NCBI GenBank assembly: GCA_951406725.2 | Contig: OX597819.1 | Coordinates: 58,032,001 to 58,096,000, forward strand | Reading direction: 5' to 3' | Length of the DNA stretch: 64,000 nucleotides | Origin: Octopus vulgaris | Lineage: Eukaryota | Shown here: one piece after another, positions 54,216-64,000 of the stretch | Numbering within the stretch: the stretch's first letter is position 1 | Layout: every line of letters begins with the position of its first letter | Notes under the pieces: generated by a model | Seen by the model: only the letters and a program-made list of their open reading frames with translations | Told to the model about the DNA's origin: nothing | Databases searched by the model: none | Translations under genes and position numbers: made by a program

Positions 54216-54560
54216 ATTGTTGTTATTGTCATTCTTGGTGGCGACGGTGGTGTTAGCAGCAAGGGAGGCAGTCGTAGTAGCAGATATTGTAGTGGTGGCA
54301 TTGGTATTGACGACACGGTCTTTGGTGGCGGTGATCTTGGTATTGTTATTGTTGATGGTAGTGGTATCGTTAGCAGAGGTAGCAGAAGCTGCCATGGTGG
54401 TGGTGTCGGTGTTGATGGTGGAATCATTGGTGGCGGTGACGGTGCTTGGCCTTACGACCTTTGTTTTGTAGTTGTTGCTGTTGTCGATGCTGATGGTGGT
54501 GGTGGTGGTGTTTTCAGGTTCAGCGTATGCTGACAGGGAATCCTGGTGACCAGTAGCCAT
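52283..54560 (-). pseudogene. LINE ORF1 (gag-like nucleic-acid-binding protein), split by frameshifts
   Basis: Three consecutive minus-strand ORFs (54560-53529, 53465-52587, 52531-52283) lie directly upstream of ORF2. They include the knuckle CYNCSSPEHLITKC (CX2CX4HX4C), a T/N-rich N-terminus and a basic WQIATGGKRKRPKK motif. Confidence 0.82.
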
Positions 54561-54780
54561 TTTTGAAAATAAAATGGCTAAATGAAACCACGAAGGCTAT
54601 GAGAATTTTTTTGTTTTAATTTTGCCCACAAAGGGCGAAAATTTGTGTAGATATTAATCAAGGTTTGCAGTGGATGTTGTTGCACAACTTTTAAACACAA
54701 AATATTTGACAATAAACAATTTTCAACGTACAAAATGACCAACTTACGTGGAACCCATTTGACTAGCGTCCGTCCATGTC

Positions 54781-55062
<282 letters not shown>

Positions 55063-56737
55063 AGAGAGTTAGTGAGTGTTTTATTCGATACCATATTAGG
55101 TAAGTCGTTAATCGTCCTTAATGTTTAAAGATCGAAAGCAAAACAGCTTTTGGGATTCTAGAAAGTCCTAAACACTAAGCAACGTACCTACACAATGTGA
55201 TACTGTGCGCTATAATTGACAGTCTTGCACCTATCACATTTCCATGGGAAATTTATCGTTAAAACCGGCATAAGAAAACAGTAAGCTCCTGATAGGTAAC
55301 AATCATGTAAAACTTCTTCAAGGAGGCTTGAGCATATCTTTATCAAATATGATTTATACTGCTGTTTAAATGCTTTCAAATTTTTGGTACAAGGCCAGCA
55401 ATTTCGGGGTACGGTATACATCGATAAGCTGGGACTTATTTTATCGACATCGTAAGGATGAAAGGCAAAGACGACCTCGGCATAACTTTGAACTCAGAAC
55501 GTATAGACGGACGAAATGCCGCTAAGAATTTTGTCCGACGTGCTAAAGATTCTCCCAGTTTATACTATAATCTAATAGGAAAGATTTTATGCTCGGAAAC
55601 GTAAAGAAAATCTATAAAATAAACTGAGAACACCTATCATATAGCTGTGTTGTTCTTTGCTCCTTCTCGAGCTATGCATTGCTCATAAGGGCTGGTTTCC
55701 AGTTTCATTAGCGTATAGGTTCCTCACCTGGTGCGTTGCAAGTGAGCTGCTAAATGCCGGAAGAAAGAGTGAGAGAAAGTTGTGGCGAAAGAGTCAGCAG
55801 AGGTTCGCCATTACTTTTTGCCCGAGCCGCGTGAAGCATAAGTATTTCGCTCATAAACACACACATCTCACGGTCTGAGATTCAAACCCGCCACGATCCC
55901 TCGACTGCGAGCCCGCTGCTCTAACCAACAAGCCATTTGCCTCCACTTATGTAGCTGTCGCCGGACAATTTTATGAATTGTTTCTTCTAGGTAAAGACCG
56001 GTCCATTTTTATAATGGGCAAGTCACAGAGTCGACTAATATCTAACTGGCAATTATTCTATTAATGCGTACGATAAATCACTAGTGAAAACAACCCCGTG
56101 ATGAAGAATGGGAAATTTTCTGTCGTTACTATTATGCTTGTCACGTTTGATGTTTTAATAACATTCACAAATAAATAATCGAAATAATTGAAATAGCATG
56201 ACAGAAAAATCTAGTGTTGTATATATGTACAGTGAGGAATATTTAATATGGTCCTAGAAAACTCTCTGACTGTACATACAATGAGAAATGTTTAATATGG
56301 TCTTTCTCCGATTATAACCGTTCTGTGTTGACAGCTTTATTACTGCTGTAGACATCAAGCAAAGTATATCTGTCTTCTTGCAAACGAAATACTAGAATGT
56401 CACAACGCAACAGCTCTGCATCAACGAACAGACGTGTTTTTAGAAAGTAGATGTATTAATCACGTTGTTTTCAACCAAATTGATTAATCCTCCTGGTAAA
56501 GTGATTAATTATGTTTTACAGGTCTAGATTAATTATTAATCGCGTGTATATTCCAAAATGACAACTTCAAATTCTTGTGATGAAAGTGTTGCGAAAATTG
56601 GGTTTCCGATCGTAATCATTTGATCGTTAGAAATATATTGATTAAAACAGGGTCTCTAAACTCAATATGACTGTGTAGTCAGGTGTATATGTCTTATATA
56701 AACGCAAGCACATACACACATACATATGTATCACGTC

Positions 56738-56822
<85 letters not shown>

Positions 56823-57065
56823 CAATATGTCTACAATATATAGGTGTGTGTGTCTATACATATATTACGTCATACTCAGGACATGTATATATATATATGT
56901 ATACATGAATGTGTATATATATATATATATGTATGTATATATATATATATATATTTAATATAAAAATAGGATAAAATCTTTGTAAGAATTTATCAAGTAG
57001 TTAGCGTGAAAAACCTCATAAGAGAAAAAAATAACCATCAAATTTTCTCTTAAATATATTTACTT

Positions 57066-57324
57066 ATATTATATAGAGGGCATTACGATACATAAATGCC
57101 ACACGCTAGAAGGGACTCTTAAAGTCAAAACTACCAAAATAAATAAACACATCGTACCGAGTGCGAGGGAATGCAGCTCTCGAAGCGAGCCTTCTAAAAA
57201 CAGAAGGCTCGCTTCGAGAGTTGCATTCCCTCGCATTCGATACGTGTTTATTTTGGTAGTTTTGACTTTAAGAGTCCCTTCTAGCGTGTGGCATTTATGT
57301 ATAGTAATGTCTTCTCTATAATAT
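57066..57324. repeat. Near-perfect long inverted repeat (arms 57066-57195 and 57202-57324, 6-bp loop)
   Basis: ...CTCTCGAAGCGAGCCTTCT-aaaaac-AGAAGGCTCGCTTCGAGAG... Confidence 0.95.
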
Positions 57325-57326
57325 CT

Positions 57327-58482
<1,156 letters not shown>

Positions 58483-58981
58483 CAGGTAGCGACGCTCCTG
58501 TTGGGGAATTCTGGAGTTGTGGGAAGCGTTGAGTCACCTTTAATTACTATTATTCGCAGGTCTGTTCTAAGCCAGAACAGAAGTACCCGTCAGGATCTCG
58601 TTTGTGGATTAAATAGATTTTCCAGGAGTAGAGGAGGCTCCCGTTGGTTTTGACACGGCCGTGGGAGGGCAGCTGTTCCAGGAGAAAAGTACTCTAACAC
58701 AAAACTTGCAGTCAAACTAGTACCAGTCAATTTGAAATGTTTGTCACTGGAGCCCTCTATGGCGACATGACTGAGAGAATGGTAAAAGCATTTGTCACTT
58801 AAATCTAATGACGTACAGAAGTCTAACCATCATTTCCTTTATTGATTTGTTTTGTCTTTTATAGAATTCTATGGCGATGGATTTTGGGCGTGATAAGTCA
58901 TCTGTGCTGCCTGCTCGTGTCTGTCAAACAGATATGTTATGGAGTGCACGCAGGATGGCGAGAATTCAAGTAATAAGGAAC

Positions 58982-59222
58982 TTGTAGTAAAGATTGTTTG
59001 CCAACATAACAAGGCAGTCCTGGTTTAGGGCTAACGTTGCTGCAATTTAGCTCCAGGAGACATCGTCTCCAGCTGGCTATACGACACAATCCGTGTCCTT
59101 ACATTTCGAAAAGGGGAATCTAGCACCCGCTTTCAGCTCAAAACAATATCTGTGTAAATTACAGCAACATTAGTCCTAAACCAGGACTGTCATGTTATGT
59201 TGGCAAACAATCTTTACTACAA
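58982..59222. repeat. Inverted repeat with ~68-bp arms (58982-59049, 59155-59222), MITE- or fold-back-like
   Basis: TTGTAGTAAAGATTGTTTGCCAACATAACA is mirrored by TGTTATGTTGGCAAACAATCTTTACTACAA. Confidence 0.88.
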
Positions 59223-59380
59223 AGTACTATTGCTGAATATCCCACGTTGTGAGATTTAAAAATAATAATTTTCTAATAAAAAATAATAATTTTCTAATAA
59301 TCTTCTAATAATTTTCTAGTGGCTGCGTGGTAAGTAGCTATAGGCGCAGAAGTGGCTGTGTGGTAAGTAGCTTGCTTACC

Positions 59381-61353
59381 CAGAATGCAACACTAGTTGA
59401 TCTGGACTGTTACAGTGAGAAGATGTGAGTTTCGGCTCCGCGAACAGAAAAAAAGAACAAAAAGAAAAATTGTCAATTATGGCTCGCTATAACAAGCAAA
59501 ATACTGGGTTCTCATCACCGTAACGGTGAATTGAGAATTTTTTTGAAAATTCTTCTTGTGAATTCTAGTGGGCGTATCTCGCCAAAAATAAAATAAGAAT
59601 AAGCCATTTGGATTACCTTTTTGCAATATTATACAAAGGATTCCCTGTCTGTGCTATTTGTGAGGTTTTTCTTTTACTTTTCCCTTCTTCTATTATTTCT
59701 TTCTTTCTAAATTTTGGTTCATTCTTTTCATTACTTTAATTTCAGTTTCCTCCCCTTCCCTTTATTTTGTTTTATTTTTATTCGGTTTAATTTTTTGGCA
59801 GACTGTCTTTTGAACTACTTTTGAACTGTTTTTTGACATGGCAGAGAAGGAACTTGAAAAGAAAAACTCTGTCTTAGAGTGGGAAATTAACCCGCCTAAG
59901 CAATGGTTAAAAGATATGGAAGAGAAGACGATGGTACTTAGAACATATTCTAAAGTTCTTAATTCCATCACTGTCTTCCCAAAACAAGTCATAAAAAATG
60001 AACTTAAAGAACATGTGTCCTCTGTAAAATATATATCCCGTGGTGTCAAACATGCAACCGTGTGGTTGCTGTTTGACAACGGGGAAAAGGCTCGCCAGTT
60101 TTCGAGTCAGCCTTTAGAAGGCAAGGGAATTCTGTTTCTCTCGTCATATTGTGGAAGAAAATTAATACGGGCCTGGATATGTGCCCCGGGAACCGAAGCG
60201 GATTGGATTGAATATGTAAGAGTATTGCCGGCGGTCGATTGGGAAGAGTCAAAAGCGATTTTGACCCTGTGGACCCCATCGGCCGCAATAGAACTGGTTT
60301 TTCCAGATTTCTTGAAAATGGCTGGCTGCAGGTATCCGGTGATACTTGAGGGACGTCCCAATGTGTCACTCGTGCCTGCAGCCAGGCCACATTAAAAGGA
60401 ACTGCCCCCAGGTCCTGGAACAGTCACCAGATGCCACCTCCCCTACCCGGTTAAAGGGAGAGGTAGATGTGGTCGAGGAGGCTTCAGCCTCCTCAACTCA
60501 AAAAGGATTAAAAAGGAAGAAGTTGCCCGCCGAAGGAACCTAAGGCTTCGGGAGGCGGGGGAGAGTCTCCGAACAAAGCGGAAGGGCTCCACTCACCCGA
60601 AGCCAGGAAGAAAAGAAAAAAAAAGAATTAAGAAGAACGGGTCATCTCCGCGGGGAGATGATGTGCCGGCTGCATGTCCCGAAGTTGTGCCACCCACGGT
60701 GGAAGAAACCACCCCCACCCTTAAAGATGATCAATTAATTATCTTTTTCTACAAGGACGGGGAGGTGGAAAAAATTGTAGAAGAACTTAAAGAAACAGTA
60801 GATATGCCCTTCACACGGGATCCCGAATGGCCTCCGCAGATAGCTGTGGAGGTCATAAGGTTTCCCTTGTGGGAAAGGCTTAAAGGATTTGGGGAGGAGT
60901 GTCGCATATGGCCGGGTGGCCCTTACACGACTTACATGTCCTACATGAGTGAGGCATGGGAAATGGCGGGATACAGGAATTCAAGCGGCATCGAAGATAA
61001 TAATGAATATATCGATGGATATATCGAAGAGTAGGGGGTGAAAGACCCTCGTTACAGGGTTTGAAACCTCATCTTATTGGATTATTTTGTAGTGGTTTAT
61101 AACCTCAATTTTGTGCTTTAAGGAAGAAAGAAAAAAAAAAGAAAACATGTTAAGTAAGAGGTTTTAGTGCCTTCACCTTGTAAGAGGTTTGAAACCTCAT
61201 ATTGATTTAAAAAAGAAAATATGTTTTCGAGAAAAATCCAATCGGCATGTGTTTCGTCTCTCATTTATTCATTATAATTCATTTTCATTCATTAATGTGT
61301 TTGTCCAGCCCGCAAAGCTCTTTGTACTGTCTATATGACAAATTTATGAAATA
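59381..61353 (+). mobile_element. ORF1-only (HAL1-like) non-autonomous retroelement inserted in a SINE head
   Basis: Interrupts a family-A SINE with the TSD AAGTAGCTTGCTTACC (59365-59380) / AAGTAGCTTGATAACT (61354-61369). Contains a 5'UTR, a frameshifted ORF1, and a 3'UTR ending in AATAAA. No RT or endonuclease motif is visible. Confidence 0.78.
59838..61034 (+). pseudogene. Tx1-type ORF1 protein with zinc knuckle, frameshifted
   Basis: ORFs 59838-60395, 60346-60543 (CHSCLQPGHIKRNC = CX2CX4HX4C) and 60663-61034. The segment ARQFSSQPLEGKGILFLSSYCGRK..WI aligns by eye with AKAHSTESLQNDEIIMIPYYKGQR..WI of the LINE ORF1 at ~53.3-53.4 kb. Confidence 0.75.
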
Positions 61354-61733
61354 AAGTAGCTTGATAACTAACCACATGGTTCCGGATTCAGTCCCACTGC
61401 GTGGCACCTTGGGCAAGTGTCTTCTACTACAGCCTCGAGCCGATCAAAGCCTCGTGAGTGGATTTGGTAGACGGAAACTGAAAGAAGCCCGTCGTATATA
61501 GGTGTGTGTGTGAGCTTGCATGTCTGTGTTTGTCCACCCACCACCATCACTTGACAACCGATGCTGTTGTGTTGTGTTTACGTCTCCATAACTTAGCGGT
61601 TCGGCAAAAGACCGATAGAATAAGTACTAAGCTAACAAAGAATAAGTCCTGGGGTCGATTTGTTCGACTAAAGGCGGTGCTCCAGCATGGCCACACTCAA
61701 ATGACTGAAACAAATAAAAGAATAAAAGAATAA
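61354..61733 (+). mobile_element. SINE family A body; its head is at 59343-59380, on the other side of the 2-kb insertion
   Basis: The sequence resumes AACCACATGGTTCCGG exactly where the head broke off. Confidence 0.88.
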
Positions 61734-62428
61734 GGAACTTGTCAGAACGTATAGAGAACAAATAGATATGTTATTGTTTGAATTCTCTCTGTTCTGCGTG
61801 CACACCATTAATTATTATATATTTGGCCGACATAATAATTTGTTTGCTAATCCCTATAAACAAGAGTCTTTGTTCTTGTGAGATTCATGGGTCTGGCGGA
61901 GTAGCTTCACCTGAGGAGACACAACGACGTTAAAACACCACGATGTCTCGAAGACTCCTTACAACATGTGTTATGAACATACATCGTCTAAAACAGTGAT
62001 TCTCAAATGAAGTCCATATAAGCCTCGAGGGTCCATATTAGATTTTGATGTTAAAACTTATGTGGTTATACTTATATAATACATTCAATGCGCAAAATAT
62101 TTTAACAATTTTTACAGAAGTCCTAACGTTCAATTATAGAACTTCAACGGGATTTTAAAAAGATCGAATGGCTATGAGGGTTCATCTGAGTTGAATAGGA
62201 ATTAAAGAGGTCCGCAGACAAAAATAAATGGTTTAAAACAACGATCAGATATTTACGTTCGAACCTGCCAGAACGAATTAAGAATGAGTGAATATGTTAT
62301 TCTATGTGTGAGTGTGAGTGTGTGTGTGTGTGTGTGTGTGCGTGTGTACGTGTGTGTGCGTGTGTATGTGTGTGTGTGTGCGTGTGTGTGTGCGTATGTG
62401 TGTGTATGATATATATATATTTACTTAT

Positions 62429-62466
<38 letters not shown>

Positions 62467-63244
62467 TCACAATATCGTTTCCTATCAGCAGACACATTTC
62501 GTTGGCAGACTCTATGAGGTATGGTCACATTCTGAAGGCTGAACATGCTAAAAATAACAACCAGATTTTTCTCAATCTGTACTAGAGCTTCTTACAAAAA
62601 CAAGGACATATTGGAAAATGTAATACTGATAAACGGTCTCAGAAAATATTTCGGGTGTTCAAGACTAAAGAGCCTTGGGTCATTGGTACTCGACTAGGGC
62701 TGTACTAAAACAATACCATTTGTCAGTAGAGTCTACGAGTGACGTATCTATGTGGTCGCTTGGCCTGCTGGTCTAGCAACCAATCTCTTCCAAAACGTAC
62801 ATTTTAAACAATGAAAGAAACATTAAAGAATACAGTCTAAGATATACTATGCCACCTAATATTAGAAGCTGGAATATCGTTGATAATATATGCGCTGCAT
62901 CAAAGTCGACTAGTGATGTTTAAAAAATAAGAATAACAATTATAAGAACAACAACGATGTGAGTCAGTATGTACTCCACTACGGTAAAACATTCTACTCT
63001 GTATTCTTTCGATAATTATGCTAAAGAATTAAAATGAAATTCAAAAGGAAGTTTAAAAGCTTAAAACAAAAACAATTTATGAAGAAGGAAGTGAGTTAAA
63101 ATTGAAAGCGAAAGTATTTCCTTTAATTCGGCAATAATATTATACATATATTGTATTAAGATTCTTCTTGATTTGTAGAATTGTCTCGTGGAATTGGTAA
63201 ACAGCTACATTAACGTAGATTTGGAACAATTTCATATATATTAT

Positions 63245-63275
<31 letters not shown>

Positions 63276-63286
63276 CATATATATAT

Positions 63287-63340
<54 letters not shown>

Positions 63341-63372
63341 CTATATTATTATATTTAAATGTGTTGTGTGTG

Positions 63373-63404
<32 letters not shown>

Positions 63405-63421
63405 CAGGCAGACAGATAGAC

Positions 63422-63452
<31 letters not shown>

Positions 63453-64000
63453 TAATAAGACTGACAGAGAGAAAGATGGCCAGACAAAGAGACTGATGAA
63501 CAAAGGGACAGAGAGACGGGTAATATTTTGTCTTTGCCATAATTTTCAAACAAAATCTTCCAAAAGTAACGAAGCTGACGAATGTGATGAGGAGGGGAGA
63601 GTTTTTGAAACTCTCATCCCTCTTCTTCCTCTTTCACAGTTTTCTCTCCCCCTCTCCTTCTCTCGCTCCAATTCTCTCTTCCTCTCCATCTCCCCCCCTC
63701 TCTCTCTCTCTCTTTACGTCTTCGGCCGGGATAACTAACGATCAATATATTTACTACTTAATTTTCATTTAGACTATTATTGGTGAATGAGCCGTGCTGC
63801 TATGTCTATATATTTTCCTGTGTATATACAGGTATGTTGTGTATGTGTGTGTGTGTGTGTACGTGCGAGCGAGCGACATTGTGCGTATGTACACAAATGT
63901 GTATGTCTACACACATATAAGTTGTAAATTCTTATAAGTGGATGAGATGATTTATTTTACACACACGCATCCACATGCACATGTATGTATATGTATATAT

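Noticed and set aside
61903-61953. CTGAGGA-gac..gtt-AAAA..GTC as a hammerhead
   Set aside because: It needs several restored bases (GAAA, stem I), so the evidence is insufficient.

Overview
This is AT-rich, extremely microsatellite-dense eukaryotic DNA. The repeat content suggests an octopus or other coleoid cephalopod genome (my inference). No host protein-coding exon can be supported, and nearly all listed ORFs are translations of simple repeats. Real content: (1) a full-length but disrupted 6.3-kb Tx1/L1-clade LINE (48514-54780, minus strand) sitting inside a (GATA)n array, plus a 5'-truncated relative at 10.3-10.7 kb; (2) a 2-kb ORF1-only (HAL1-like) retroelement inserted with a ~16-bp TSD into the tRNA-like head of a SINE; (3) several decayed Penelope-like element (PLE) fragments with RT and GIY-YIG motifs; (4) about a dozen minimal type I hammerhead-ribozyme-like motifs, several inside long fold-back palindromes or a ~270-bp tandem unit; (5) four tRNA-derived SINE families, one ending in the same 3' stem-loop/AATAAA as the Tx1 LINEs; (6) Tc1/mariner, pogo-like, hAT-like and Helitron-like remnants; (7) one candidate non-coding spliced exon. 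Family names come from motif recognition by eye, not database searches, and repeat boundaries are approximate.
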